A program made the position numbers and the translations under genes. The notes beneath the pieces are model-generated. The model saw only the letters and a list, made by a program, of their open reading frames with translations, did no database searches and had not been told where the DNA came from. Positions 14,126 through 28,790 of a stretch of DNA of 64,000 nucleotides are shown piece after piece. The first letter of the stretch is position 1, and each line of letters begins with the position of its first letter. The stretch lies in assembly GCF_009914755.1 (NCBI RefSeq), contig NC_060933.1; one strand, given 5' to 3'. Source of the stretch: the human T2T-CHM13v2.0 reference genome, Homo sapiens.

Positions 14126-16493
14126 ATATGGAGAACACTGAGGTTGCCTGATTAATGTTCAATCTTGAAGAAATCTTAGGGTTCAAGCATTAATTAGGCT
14201 TAGAGATATGCCACTCACAGACTCAATTAGTTTAAATCACTGTCCTCTGCTGGGCTAATTTAGTTAAAATATATCTCAAGCTTTTCATTTGTTCTTTGTA
14301 AAATTTAATATTAAGCATATTATTAGAAAAGCATTACTAAAATTTGAAACATATCCCAACGACTTTAAGAGGTTTTGACTCAATGCACAACCATCAACTT
14401 GAATATACAAGAGAGCAACATATGTCACTGGGCTTGAGTTCATCACTGCCTAAATTACTCTCTGTTAATAAATTCAGCAGATTAATTCTTAAGCACATTC
14501 TTTGGGCAGTATATCCAGTGCTACCCTGATGGTCCAAAAAGGCTTTATCTGAGTTACTTGATAAGGGGATTAACTTGGATACTGGGGGAGACTCAAACAT
14601 TAACTACCATTTAAATGTCATTCTAGGTTTAGGAAAAAGCAATTTGTTAAGTACAGGTCATGCCAAATTTTTGTTCAAGCCTTTAGATGAGGTTACTATT
14701 TTTCTAGAATCAGCTGCTAGATTCTAAATGTGGTTCACAAGCTTATAAGGTCAGTGAAGAGCAGCAAGCATATTGGTGATAGATGTGGCTATGCTGAAGA
14801 CAAACTGAGCTTCAGCCACAAGCATGGACCAAAAAGTAAACAGCAGTGCCTCAGATTTTGGCCACAGGGGTCTTTCTATTGCATGGAAATAAACTGTCTT
14901 GTTGTTGTTATTGTTGTTTGTTTGTTTGTTTGTTTTTGGCTTTTTTTTCCCCACAAATGTACATTAGGAACTGTTAGTACTTTTAAAGGATGATATAAAA
15001 GCCAACGGGGGAATCCATTAAATAAAATTCAAGTCAGTATTCTCCATTTTAATGTAATCACTCTTCCCATTAAAAATGAAGAGTCACATACTCATCGTGT
15101 GTATCGCAATATACAAGAATAAGAAAGAACTGTAAGCTAAACTGCATAAACAAACATCTCCTGAAAAATATGGAATAGAAAAAAACAAAACATGCTGCCC
15201 CCTTTATCTGTCAATGAATTTCTGAGAAGCACCTGGCACTTTTGTCCATTTATATAAATTTACTCTTTAAGACTTGGCCAAATCTCTTGGAGAGAATGAA
15301 ATGGAAACATAAGCTTTCAAACCCTAAGAAAAGAAAGAACTATTATGATTTTATGTTCATGTCCTAAGGCACATTGCTATCCACAAAAGCCAATGGCATC
15401 TTGGCCCATATTTATTTACCTACTAATGTCAGCCAGTAAGCCCTCAAACTTATAATCCTGAGGCCAGTGGGAGAAGAGTAGCACCTACAGAAAAAAAAAA
15501 AAAACTTGGACAATTTCCGAGTTATTATTTTAAATAATACCTTTACTTTTGCAGATTTCTACCTCAGTAATTTTGGCTGTCAATGCTTAAAAGTGCCTTC
15601 CAGTCACTATTCAAAAACCTCATACAATGCTGACCTACTCTTTATTCTGAAACTAATGCACTCTGTGGGCATTTCTTAAGGCACTTCAAAAGCAGGTCAT
15701 TAGAAAGAATATAAACAGAAACATGCTACATAATAATTTCCAAGAATATGGGCACTCTAAATGTGAGAGAGAAGTTTTTAAATACCCAAAAAATTACACT
15801 GTTTTTTCAACTGTGAAGGGTTGCCTTTTTGTTGTTGTTGTCATCTTATTTGATTGTCTTGAGGTTCATTATAGTTCAATGCAGTAAGATTCACCCTAGG
15901 GTTTTTATTTCTCCTTCTCTCTCTCAGTCAGATGGTGAAAAATAGTTCTTCCATTAACTAGATCTCTAGAGAATATATCCTCCCCCAGCTGGCTTGCATG
16001 GGAAGGCAGACTTTCTAATTTTATAGCAAAAAAGGATAATTTGTGGGTAGGACATGCTCACTGAGTTCATCTGGACCAGTTCCCACCCTGACTGTAGGAC
16101 TCCTCTGATGGTGTGTGTGTGCCATCTGGGTGTCAATTTGTTGTGATAACCTAAACGACTTTCCTGGGTGACATAACAAGAAACCAAGTGGAAATAGTGT
16201 TAATGCCATGAAACAAATACGATGGCTACTCAAAAACTCTAGAATCGAACTTTCCCTTTCTCAAGACCAAATTCTCTGTTTAACTCCATTATCCTCAGGG
16301 ACTCTCTCCCACACCCAAAGTAACCAAGAGAGATCCCAGAACACAGAAAGAAGCTTGAGAATGAAACACAAATTGGTCCCACAACTAGAAAAAATAAGTC
16401 TGAAATTCCTCCCTTTGTAGTCACCATTAACTATATTAAAAGGTGTGATGCAACGGCTAACAGGCACTGGTGGGGGAATGAGATACCTGAACA

Positions 16494-17004
16494 TGGTAGA
16501 CACACCCTAAGGTGACCCAGTGACCCTCCCTCCTCCTGTGTATGCTTTTGTGTAATCCCCTTCCTTTGATGGCAGGTGTGACCTGTGACTTGTTTCTAAT
16601 CAATAGAATAGAACAAAGATGATGGGAAGTCACCCCCATAACTACCATATAAGACATGGTTTGGTGGGTTGGAGTGAGAGGATCTTCTTGCTGGCTTGAT
16701 GAGGTAAGCAGCCACACAGCAAAGAGCTGTAGGTAGACTCCTGTCTACAGTTAGCAGAAAGCTAAGTCCTCAGTCATACAGCCACAAAAAATATAATTTC
16801 TACCAACAAACTAATGAGCATGCAAGTAGCTTCTTCCCCAGCCAAGCCCCAAGATGAGAATGCAGCCCAGGGCAGACACCTTGATTGTGACCCTGACCTG
16901 TGCCCAGACTCTTGCCCCATGGAAACTGTGAGATAAAGAATGTGTATTGTTTTAAGCTGCTAAATTTGTGGTGATGTGTTATGCAGAAATAGAAGACTAA
17001 TACA
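16494..17004 (+). mobile_element. MLT1 (MaLR) solo LTR
   Basis: Ends gaaactgtgagataa...ttttaagctgctaaatttgtggtgatgtgttatgcagaaatagaagactaataca, the MLT1 3' signature. Confidence 0.85.
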
Positions 17005-18264
17005 CTATGAGAAGAAATAAAGGTCAAAAGTCTAATTTAAACTGCCCATCCTTAAAGTGAATTGGAGCCAGTCTATGTCTGGCTGGAGAGTTCTGGGCTA
17101 ACCCCGCTCTGAAAATAATCACGGGAAGAAATATTCAGACAGTGACAGGCAGAGTCACCTGAGTGCCATGGCAACCATTCCAAAGAATATCTATTAGCTT
17201 TCTAGAGGATCTAGGTTCTGCGATGAAAAGCTTATTAACCAGAAGAACTTCTTAAGCAGATAATGAAAAATAATGGGCATAGTGACATGTTCTAAAATCT
17301 TATTATACTATACAGGAAACTTCTAAGTAGCTTGACTTAAAATTCCTAGGAGTGCAGAACAGTGAGAGACAATCAATTTGTCTTCATCTTCCTATAAATC
17401 ATGTTTTTGCAAATAAGTTTCTATTAAATCTCCATACCTGTGAACTCATGTAATAGTTCTGGAGTAAAAGTGAGTTAAAAAGAAAGAATGCCTAATATGA
17501 CCTTCTTAAAGGCATTGTTACAGGGCTGTGATATTTCATGTGTTAATCTCCTCTTATATTAACCCACAATTATATTTTTTAGGCTTTTAACGATTTCTTC
17601 ATATCTTTTTATAGAATGACAATTTCAAAAATTAACCACGTAAGATTCCTTGTAGAAAACTATACAAAAGGTAACTTCAGAATATGTGACCCCTATAATA
17701 AGGGAGCTAAAGTCTGAATTGAAACCAATTATAACTTTTAAACATATCCAATAAATGTTCAGGATTCCATCAATCTTCTCCTTAATTTATCCAATGCCAG
17801 CATCAAGTATTTAATTAATGACAAGATTAATATTTAGAATATTTAATTCTCAAATTTTAACTTCACATTATGATTAGACAGCTGATGTTAATGTTAACTC
17901 ATGCCTGATATTAACCATTATATATGCTACAGGTTTAAATACTATCTAAACTTCCTTTTAGCACTAATAGTTCATGATTAACCTCATTTCTGAGCAATAT
18001 TTATTAAATATCTACAGGCATTAAGAATTCACATGAAGTAAAAACAGGCATAATATCTATGAAATGATGACAACAAGTTGCATAAGATGAAGTCAGAATC
18101 CACATTCTGTGTTATGGTAAAATATTGAAGTTCCAGAAATTTCCAGAGGGACAAAGCATGGCAAAGGTCTGGAAACTGACAGTCCAGATTGACAGTCAGC
18201 TGTGCTTCAGGCAAGCCAAAGGTCTAGAGCCTGGGAGTTCAGTCGAGTTAGGGGATATAACCAT

Positions 18265-19380
18265 CAGTCACTCAACATATTACATATTCATTGAGCACTG
18301 CTATGTATTGACCCAGTTCTAGTGCTGGGGTTACCCCAGTAAATGAGACTATCAGGGTCCCTGCTTTCCCTGCTCGCATTCTGTTTAGGGGACAAATAAT
18401 TAATAAGCAAGCAAACAACTGATTAAGGTAATTTCAGATAGTGGAGAGTTAAGTCAATTCAAACGAACATATTAGTGAGGTCCTACTCCCGGCCACACAG
18501 TGTCCAGGTGCTTGAAATACATTAGCGAACAAAGCAGATATAGATTCCCAACATCATGGAGATCACATTCTACTAGGGAAAAGAGATAATATCACAAGTC
18601 ATAATAAGTATTAACTTATATACCATGTAAAAAAGGTAATATGTGCTATATTAAAAAAAAAAGCAGGAAAAAGGCGAGTGGAAGTATGTATGTGAAGGGG
18701 CAGTGGGTCACAATTCAAAATGGGGCAGTCAGGGTAGGCACCAGTAAGCAAGTGACATCAGAGCAGACTTGAAGGAGGGAACCAAAAATGCAAAGGTGCT
18801 AAAGCAAGACTGAGTTCAGCATGGAGGAACAGAAAGAAGAATGACTGGGCATAACGATCAGGGGACGGGGCCAGCAACATGGGCAGGGACCAGATCGCAC
18901 AGAATTGAGTCAACAGGCCAACTTTGATCCCTAATTGCTCCCCCTCTCTGCTACATTGTTATCCTCTTCCTGTCTATGGACTCTGCTCATCAGTTTCAAA
19001 CACATTCTAATATCTTCTGTCTTTAGAAAACCATTCCACCCTCCTGGTCGCCACTGAATATCTACCTTCCTTCTCAGCTACATTTCTCCAAGGAAGGGTC
19101 CAGATGTGCTGCCTCTACCTCCTGGCCCTCCTATTTACCCTGAAGTTTACTCCAATTGGATCACTCCCCAACACTTCTCTTGAAGGTCACCAATGATCTC
19201 CACATGTCCAAATGCAAAGGACACTTGTCCTTAACTTATCAGGCTCTCTGCTCCTCTGGCACACGGCTCTCTTTCTAGAAACACTCCCCTCTCTCCATGA
19301 CAATACCACCATCCTCATTTTCTCCTGTATCTGTGGCCTTTCTTCAGCTTCTCTTCTTAGGAGTAACCCATAAATAAACA
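18265..19380. mobile_element. Cluster of L2 fragments (both orientations)
   Basis: cattcattgagcactgctatgt... antisense L2 ends and ggtcaccaatgatctccacatgtccaaat sense L2 body. Confidence 0.6.
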
Positions 19381-19753
19381 TAGGTGTTCATGTGAAAAAA
19401 ATACGTGAAGGCTTTGGTTAACTGAAAGCTCATTCATCAGCCCTGATGGCCTTGGCCCAGGGCAAATCACTTAGTCTCCAGGGGACACTACAGTCAGTAA
19501 AGAAGATAGAGCCTCAGAACAAGTGAGACCTGTCAGGGCTTATGCTTTTTAACTGAATGACCTTGAGCAAGACACATATCTCCAGGACTCAGTCTTCTCA
19601 CCTGTAAAATAGGGATTTTTAACAGCAGCCTTGCAAGACTATTATTAAGATTAAACGATTTATCCTTCCCAAGTTCTCTGGCCAATGCCTGGTACTTGGT
19701 AGATGCTACTTTGCTGTTAGTGTCCTCCTGAAGCTCAGAAAAAGCACCTTTTG

Positions 19754-20678
19754 GCTGATATCCAGAATCTACAAAGAACTTAAACAAATTTACAAGAAAA
19801 AATCAAACAACCCCATCAAAAAGTGGGCAAAGGATATGAACAGACACTTCTCAAAAGAAGACATTTATGCAGCCAACAGACACATGAAAAAATGCTCATC
19901 ATCACTGGCCATCAGAGAAATGCAAATCAAAACCACAATGAGATACCATCTCACACCAGTTAGAATGGCAATCATTACAAAGTCAGGAAACAACAGGTGC
20001 TAGAGAGGATGTGGAGAAATACGAACACTTTTACACTGTTGGTGGGACTGTAAACTAGTTCAACCATTCTGGAAGACAGTGTGGCGATTCCTCAAGGATC
20101 TAGGACTAGAAATACCATTTGACCCAGCCATCCCATTACTGGGTGTATATCCAAAGGATTATAAATCATGCTGCTATAAAGACACATGCATACGCATGTT
20201 TATTGCGGCACTATTCACAATAGCAAAGACTTGGAACCAATCCAAATGTCCATCAATGATAGACTGGATTAAGAAAATGTGACACATATGCACCACGGAA
20301 TACTATGCAGCCATAAAAAAGGATGAGTTCATGTCCTTTGTAGGAACATGGATGAAGCTGGAAACCATCATTCTCAGCAAACTATCTCAAGGACAGAAAA
20401 CCAAATGCCGCATGTTCTCACTCATAGGTGGGAATTGAACAATGAGAACACTTGGACACAGGGTGGGGAACATCACACACTGGGACCTGTCGTGGGGTTG
20501 GGGAGGGATAGTATTAGGAGATATACCTAATGTAAATGATGAGTTAACGGGTGCAGCAAACCAACATGGCACATGTATACATATGTAACAAACCTGCATG
20601 TTGTGCACATGTACCCTAGAACTTAAAGTATAATAAAAAATAAAAATAAAAAATAAATACAATAAAAAAATAGAAAAA
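19754..20678 (+). mobile_element. 5'-truncated primate L1 (L1PA5-like), ORF2 C-terminus + 3'UTR + polyA
   Basis: ORF 20079-20282 matches the L1 ORF2p C-terminus; L1PA 3'UTR; 17-bp TSD agaaaaagcaccttttg (19737-19753 / 20679-20695). Confidence 0.95.
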
Positions 20679-20964
20679 AGAAAAAGCACCTTTTGTCTGA
20701 ATAACACAGGAAAGAAAAATAATATTAAAGGGAAGAGAAAGAAAAGCTATCATTAAACTGTTCTGGGTGGAGTCACTGTTAATGACCCACAAACAAATTA
20801 ACTTTCTTTGCCTTATAAACCTAAAATTCTTCAGTTGGAAAGAGATTTCAAACACATTAAATCTCTTCAAATATCTAATTATCAACAGGAAGCAAATATT
20901 AATCATTACTGAATGCTCCAACTTCCCTCCCCCAAAGGTGTCTTATTTACTTTTTCCTTTATTG

Positions 20965-21230
20965 AGAGAGAGTCAGTACAGGGTAGGAGTGTATTCCTAC
21001 AGCCTGGATTTAAATCCTGCCTCTTCTGCTTCTGAGCTTCGAGACTGTGTATGGAGGACCTAAGCTTCCTGTGCTGCAGTTTCCTCAACTATATAATATG
21101 AGACTAATTATAGTACTTATGGGATTGTTTTAGAAACTAAACGACTTAATATAGATGTAGTGTTTACAACAGTTCCTGGTACAATGTAAGCTCTCAACAA
21201 AGATGAAGATCACAACAATAATGACCACTA
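20965..21230 (+). mobile_element. MIR SINE
   Basis: gcctggatttaaatcctgcctct...gcagtttcctcaactataatatg...acagttcctggtacaatgtaagctctcaa. Confidence 0.65.
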
Positions 21231-21389
21231 CTATTATTAGTTCAACTACCCTTGGGGTTCTCACTTCACACCCATTCAGTGATTTGGAATCAGATACATG
21301 AAGTCACTTGTTCATACTTATCATTTTGCTGTATAGAACAATCCATATTTTAAAGGAAATAGATGTTTTTGGGTATTTTCTTTCCATTT

Positions 21390-21913
21390 GCCTCTCTGGA
21401 TCTACTGCCTCTCAATTCTGTGATCCAAACGAATGATATTCTGTATCATTGGGCTTCCTTGTCCTTTCACTTCTGGTTGGGTTAAGCCAATGGGACACAT
21501 TGGCAGGAGATAGGAGAGAGGCAGGAAAGTGAGGTCAGAGTATCGATTCCTCTAGCTCCCCCCCTGCTGGGTCATGATGGTCATCAGCCTCTCCTACAGG
21601 CCACAGCTCCTGCCAGGCTGCCCTCCCTAACAGCTATAGCTACTCTGTGCAGGGTTTGAGAATCTTCCCTCCTTTTTTTTTTTTCCACCAGTAACTGTGT
21701 CTTTTATTTTATTTTTATTTTTTTATTATTTTTTTAAATCTCTTGGCCCCTTCAGGCCTACATAGGGTTAAAGCTCCCCACTGTTGCAAACCTCAGGATG
21801 TCTCACAATCTCTTGTTGTTTTATGTAGTCCTGAACATATCTTTTTAAAGAGTCGCTTCATTAAACTCTTCTAAATTACCTGATTCTTTCCTGCTGGAAC
21901 CCAGACTGACACA
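21390..21913 (+). mobile_element. ERVL LTR (LTR33-like)
   Basis: cttctggttgggttaagccaatggg...gtgaggtcagagt...ttcctgctggaacccagactgacaca. Confidence 0.65.
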
Positions 21914-24900
21914 TAGGTCATGCTTTTCAACATACAGCCGTGCAAAACATGAAGGAAAGGTAGCACCTGGAATACTTTCTATAAGCAGAAAGCAGCAGTT
22001 GAGCCAGAAGGCTGAGACTCTCTCCCAAAGCACTCCACTTCAAACTCTTTTGTCATTGGAGCTGGGTAGCTCACATGGAGGGCAAAGTGAGGGACTCTAA
22101 TCTTCTCAGTATTTGCCATCCCAACTGACCTTTCATTCAGGTAAATGTTATTTCCTCTGACAACTTGAAGGATGAGAGGACTTGCTGGTACTCCATCTCT
22201 CAAATGATCAAAGTTTCCTCTCCATCTGCATTCAATCCACTGAGATATTTGCTACCATGCCCTTGAGAACAAGTTCAAATACAAGTTTCTCTAATACTAC
22301 TGCTCCTTTTCTAAGCTGGTCTAGCAGAACCAGAGTTAAAAGGAGCATCCTGAAGTTCTCCCTGTTAGCAACCAAGCCACAGATAATACTCAATGCTCCA
22401 AGGCTGCAGCTCTTAATTATAACCAGAAGCTTAATTTTAGAAGGTGACACCAGCATCAGCTTTCAGCTTCACAATCTGAACTAATCATTAATTGCATCTT
22501 TAGGTCAAACTCTGTAAGAAAGTTATTCAGTAAATGAGAAGAGGAAGCAGAGCAAGATGGCTGAATAGAAGCCTTCACTGATCATCCTCCCTGCAGGAAC
22601 ACCAAATTGAACAACTATCCACACAATAAAGCACCTTCATAAGAACCAAAAATCAGACGAGCAATCAAAATATCTGGTTATAACTTCATATCAGTGAAAG
22701 AGGCACTGAAGAGGGTAGGAAAGACAGTCTTGAATTGCCAACACCACCCCTCCTCCATCCCCTGGCAACGACCATGTGGTGTGGAGAGAGAATCTGAGCT
22801 TAGGAGAGGGAGAACACAGTGACTGAAGAACTTTGCATTGAAACTCAGTGCTGCCTTGTTGCAGCAGAAAGCAATACCAGGCAGAACTCAGGTGGCACCC
22901 ATGGAGGGAGCATTTAGACCAGCCCTAGCCAGAGGGGAATTGCCCATTCTGGTCGTTGCAACTTGAGTTCCTGCAAGTCTTGCCACTGCGGATTAAAGTG
23001 TTCTGAGGTCCTAAATAAACTTGAAGGAATGAAACATGCCTATAATATCTGGAAAACAAGCTCAGAAAGGCAAATCTAAGAGTAATTGGCTTAAAATAGG
23101 AGGTGGAGAGAGAGATAGAGGTAGAAAGTTTATTCAAAGGGATAATAACAGAGAACTTCCCAAACCTAGAGAAAGATATCAATATTCAAGTATAAGAAGG
23201 TAAAAAACACCAAGGAGACTTAACCCAAATAAGACTATCTCAAGACATATAATAATCAAACTCCCAAAGGTCAAGAATAAAGAAAGGATCCTAAAAGCAG
23301 CACGATAAAAGAAACAAACAACATACAATGGAACTCTAATACATCTGGCAGCAGACTTTTCAGTGGAAACCTCACAGGCCAGGAGAGAGTGGCATAACAT
23401 ATTTAAAGTGCAGAAGGAAAAAAATTATTCTAGAATAGCATATCTGGTGAAAATATCCTTCAAACATGAGGGAGAAATAAAGATGTTCCTAGACAAACAA
23501 AAGCTAAGGGATTTCATCAGCACCAGGCCTATCCTATAAGAAATGATAAAGAAAGTACTTCAGTCTGAAAGAAAAGTATGCTAATGAACAATAAGAAATC
23601 ATCTGAAGGCACAAAACTCACTAGTGATAGTAAGTGCACAGAAAAACACAGAATATTATAACATTATAATTGTGGTGTATAAGTATATCTTGAGTAGAAA
23701 GACTAAAAGATAAACTAGTCAAAAAAACTATAACAACTTTTCAAGACATAGTACAATAAGATATAAACAGAAAAGAAAAAGTTTAAAATCAGGGGATGAA
23801 GTTAAAGCATACAGTTGTTATTACTTTTCTCTTTACTTGTTTGTTTATGCAATTGGTGTTAAGTTGTGATCAGTTTAAAATAATGAGTGTATTATCTACA
23901 AGCCTCATGGTAACCCCAAATCAAAAAACATAAAACATATACACACAAAAAAAGCAAGAAATTAAAACACACCACCAGATAAAAATAACCTTCACTAAAA
24001 GGAAGATAGGAAGGAAAGACCACAATACAGCCAGAAAAAAACAACAAAATGGTAGGAGTGAGTTCTTACTTATCAATAATAACATTTAATGTAAATGGAC
24101 ACAATTCAATAAAAAAACTTAGAATGGCTGAATGGATGAAAAAAACAAGACCCAATGATCTGTTGCCTAAAAGAAATACACTTCACCTATAAAAACACAC
24201 ACAGACTGAAAATAAAGGAATGGAAAAAGATACTCCATGTAAATGGAAACCAAAAAAAAGCAGGAGTAGCTATACTTACATGAGACAACATATATTTCAA
24301 GACAAAAACTGTAAGAGGAAACAAAGGTCACTATATAATGATAAAGGGGTCAATTCAGCAAGACAATATAACAACTGTAAATATATATGCACCCAACACT
24401 GAAAACTCTCTGAGACATTGGCTAGGCAAAAACTTCTTGAGTAATATTCCACAAGCACAGGAAACCAAAGCAAAAATGGACAAATGTGATCACATCAAGT
24501 TAAAAAGCTTCTGTACAGCAAAGGCAACAATCAACAAAGTGAGGAGACAAGCCACAGAATGAGGGAAAATATTTGCAAACTACCCATATGATGGCAGATA
24601 AATAACCAGAGCTAAAACAACTCTATAGGAAAAATATCTAATAATCTGGTTTAAAAACAGGCAAAGGATCTGACATTTCTCAAAAGAAGACATACAAATG
24701 GCAAACAGGTTTATGAAAAGATGCTCAACATCACTGATTATCAGATAAATGTAAGTGAAAACTACAATGAGGTAGCATCCCACCCCAGTTAAAATGACTT
24801 TTATCCAAAAGACAGGCAATAGCAAATGCTGCTGAGGATGTGGACAAATGGGAACCCTTATGTCCTGTTGAGGGGACTGTAAATTAATACAGCCACTATG

Positions 24901-25111
24901 GAGAACAGTTTGGAGGTTCCTCAAAAAACTAAAAATATACTTACCATATGATTCAGCAATTCCACTGCTAGGTATATACTCCCAAAAAGGAAATTGGCAT
25001 ATCAAAGAGCTATCTGCACTCCCATGTTTGTTGCAGCACCATTCACAATAGTCAAGATCTGGAAGCAACTTACATGTCCATCAACAGATGAATGGATAAA
25101 GAAAATACATT

Positions 25112-25378
25112 CTGTAATCACAGCACTTTGGGAGGCTGAGGCGAGCTGATCACTGGAGCCCAGGAATTTGAGACCAGCCTGGGCAACACAGTGAAACCCC
25201 ATCTCTACAAAAAGTACAAAAATCCTGGACATGGTGGCATGTGTCTGTAGTCCCAACTACCTGGGAGGCTTAGGTGGGAGGATCACCTGAGCCTGGAGAA
25301 GTTGAGGCTGCAATGAGCCATGATGGCACCACTGCACCCAAGCCTGGGTGACAGAGTGAGAGCCTGTCTCAAAAAAAG
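25112..25378 (+). mobile_element. 5'-truncated AluJ inside L1
   Basis: Alu dimer with J-type positions (gaggctgcaatgagccatgatgg); aaagaaaat flanks both sides. Confidence 0.9.
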
Positions 25379-25379
25379 A

Positions 25380-25411
<32 letters not shown>

Positions 25412-25522
25412 AGGGAGGGAGGGAGGGAGGGAGGGAGGGAGGGAGGGAGGGAGGGAGAAAGAAAGAAGGAAGGAAAGAAGGAAGGAAGGAAGGAAGGAAG
25501 GAAGGAAGGAAGGAAGGAAGGA

Positions 25523-25586
<64 letters not shown>

Positions 25587-25589
25587 AAA
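25379..25589 (+). repeat. Compound purine microsatellite (GA)n-(GGGA)n-(GAAG)n-(GAAA)n derived from the Alu tail
   Basis: Directly visible ~210-bp pure-purine tract. Confidence 0.97.
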
Positions 25590-26641
25590 ATGTGATACAT
25601 ATACACAGTGGAGTACTATTCAGCCATATAAAAGAATGAGATCCTAAATGAAATCCTGTCATCTGCAACAGCAGGGATGGCACTGGAGGTATTTACGTTA
25701 AGTGAAATAAGCCAGACACAGAAAGATAAACTTCACATGTTCTCACTTTTTTCTGGGAGATAAAAATTAAAACCATGGAATTCATAGAGATAGAGAATAG
25801 AATGAAAGCTGCAAGAGGCTGGGAAGGGTTGGGGAGGATGAAGTAGGGATGATTAATGGACACAAAAATATAGTTAGATAGAATAAATAAGATCTAGTGT
25901 TTGACAGTACAACAGGGTGACTACAGTCAACAATAATTTATTATGCCTTTTAAAGTAACAAAGACACTATAATTGGATTGTTTGTAACAGAAAGAAAAGA
26001 TACATGCCTGAGGTGATGGATAGCCCATTTACTGTGATGTAATTATGACTCATTGTATGGCTGTATCAAAATATCTCATGTACCCCATAAATATTTATAC
26101 CACTATGTACCCATAAAAATTGAAAATTAAAAATTAAAAAATATAAATCCTTGTAGGCTGCTTTAGGGATAAACCATTGGCCCAAATAGGTAAAACAGAT
26201 GAAATACGCTTCCATACCGTGGCACAGCAGACACAGGCTGAGAAGCAGTTTGAATAACAAGCACAACTTCTAATGCAGAGAAGATGTACTTGTCTTGTAT
26301 AACAGTTTCTGCCAGTTTAATGTGGACCTAAAACACATAAAAGTGCTATAAAATAATATCTTCAAAACTGTCATACTTTTTAAAATGACAATTATGAAAA
26401 ATAAATGTTGAAGTTACATTTTAATAGGAAAGCTGGATCATGCCCAACACTGGGCCAGACAGGAGAAATTCTACATAGAAAAAAGGAAGGCAGGACATAT
26501 GAAATAGAGAAAGGAAGAAAAATCATGAATGTGAGATAATGAATTATGTGCTACAACAGCTGACCTCACTGCTCAAATATAGCACATAATTCATGAGTCA
26601 TGACATTACCATGAATGCCTTCTTGCAGAATTCACAACTGA

Positions 26642-27130
<489 letters not shown>

Positions 27131-27959
27131 TCAAGTGCATACTTTATAAAGTGAATAATACAGCCCTTGCCCTGACCCTCTCTTCATTTATGTGTACAAG
27201 ATTAAACAGATGGTTTGTGTTTGCATGCAGGCATGTGCATGTTTAAATAGTTTAAAGAACCACTCAGGTATCAAGTCAGCAAATGAATCAGAAGTGATTA
27301 AAAATCACATAAAATTTTTACTAAGACAAGATAAAGTTGGTGTCTGTCTAGGCAAGTATATGCAAAATCTTTTTCTTTCAGATGCCTCAGTGCCCATTCA
27401 GAAGATTGATGGAAAAAACATATGAGGTGTATGTTTTTGAAATTTTGAATTTTGAAAATCAAATTTTTGAAGATTAAAATTTCAAAGTTAAATTTTGAAA
27501 ACTAAAAATTAAAAAATATAAATCCATGAAGTCACATGAAAATAACAGAAATATATAGACAGGGACAGAGCTTCTCAAAAAACAGGGTCCATGCCCCATT
27601 CTCAGGGTCCCTAAAACTATAAGAGAATTTATATAGGTTTTGATTTTTATGATAACCTAATCCTCAGCTCCCATCATGTTCACTAAATTATTATTTAGAA
27701 ATAGAAAAACTTCTATTTTACAGAGATAGTTTACAGTTAAAAGACATTTTTTCGGCATTATTTTCATCCATCTATTCTCAACTGAGTTCTGTGGCTCACT
27801 GAAGTTGTATTAGTCTATGTGAATTTTTCTCTTTTAAAAGGGAGTTGTAATCCTGTTGTACTGAATTTGAATGGGAAGGATCAATATGAACTTGTGAAGC
27901 ATTTTATCTTACTCTGCCCATTAAATTGGCCTAGAAATAATGAGCAACCTAGTAGTCCC

Positions 27960-28790
27960 AATAGATTGAGGTCATTAAATACCATTTCTCACTTAAAGAA
28001 ACTAAGAGAACCTCTCAGGGGAAGTAGCTGATTCCAGGTCAAAAGTAGAAAATATAAAGGATGAACCTGGAACATCTCATCACACCAGAAGCAAAGGAGC
28101 TATCAAAGAGCACAAGGAGTATGTCAAAAGGAATCAGGGCCACCTTTAATAGGCTCCTACTGTCCAAAATGAAATGGATTAAAATATATCAAATGTGCTT
28201 AAATTCACAGTACTAAAGTCAATAGTAACAATAAAACTTGCCTTTCTCACTGGTTACCCCCTGGAGGGTGTGAGCAAACCAACTCCTTATTTTGAAAACT
28301 GGTAAATAAAAAGAAAGAATCAAACATTTACTCTGCCTTGCTAGTATAAATTATATGTCAAGTAACCAGAGAGTTGACAAGTGTTTCTCCTTATAGAAGT
28401 CCAGCTAATAAATGAGGGAATAGTAAAATCTGAATGTCATCATTTTTAAATCCCAATAAATTAATACACTTAGAAAAAGCACTTATGAAATAATATTGCC
28501 AAAAATCATCTAAATGGAGTCCATTGAAGCTTCTACATCTGTCTACTAATTTATATAAAACACAGAGAACAGAGAGCATATGAAATGACAGTACAGGGGA
28601 CAATCAGCAAAACCCAGACTAAACTTTAGGGATAAAGAACATCCTACAGGAAAAATCAACCATTTTTTCCTCAACAAATAAATTACTAAGGGAAAAGACA
28701 GATAACAGAAAAGATTAATAAAATAAGCGTTATCCAGGTGTAATGCCCATCTATTTTGCATATGTACAACTCCTAAAGCCATTACTTACA
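27960..28790 (+). mobile_element. Old L1 (L1MC/MD-type) 3' region fragment
   Basis: gatgaacctggaacatct...gcaaaggagctatcaaag...tattttgaaaactggtaaataaa patterns. Confidence 0.55.

Larger units (their letters stand above)
22536..26141 (+). mobile_element. L1 (L1MA1-3 type) retaining 5' end, partial ORF1, ORF2 ends and 3'UTR, with two large internal deletions
   Basis: caagatggctgaatag 5' end; ORF1-like 23030-23600; ORF2 EN residues (NIYAPNT) fused directly to C-terminal residues (KLKSFCTAK); L1MA 3'UTR ending gtacccataaaaattg. Confidence 0.9.

Noticed and set aside
21979-22484. Adjacent ORFs on both strands suggesting a pseudogene or RT relic
   Set aside because: No motif could be matched convincingly to any protein family
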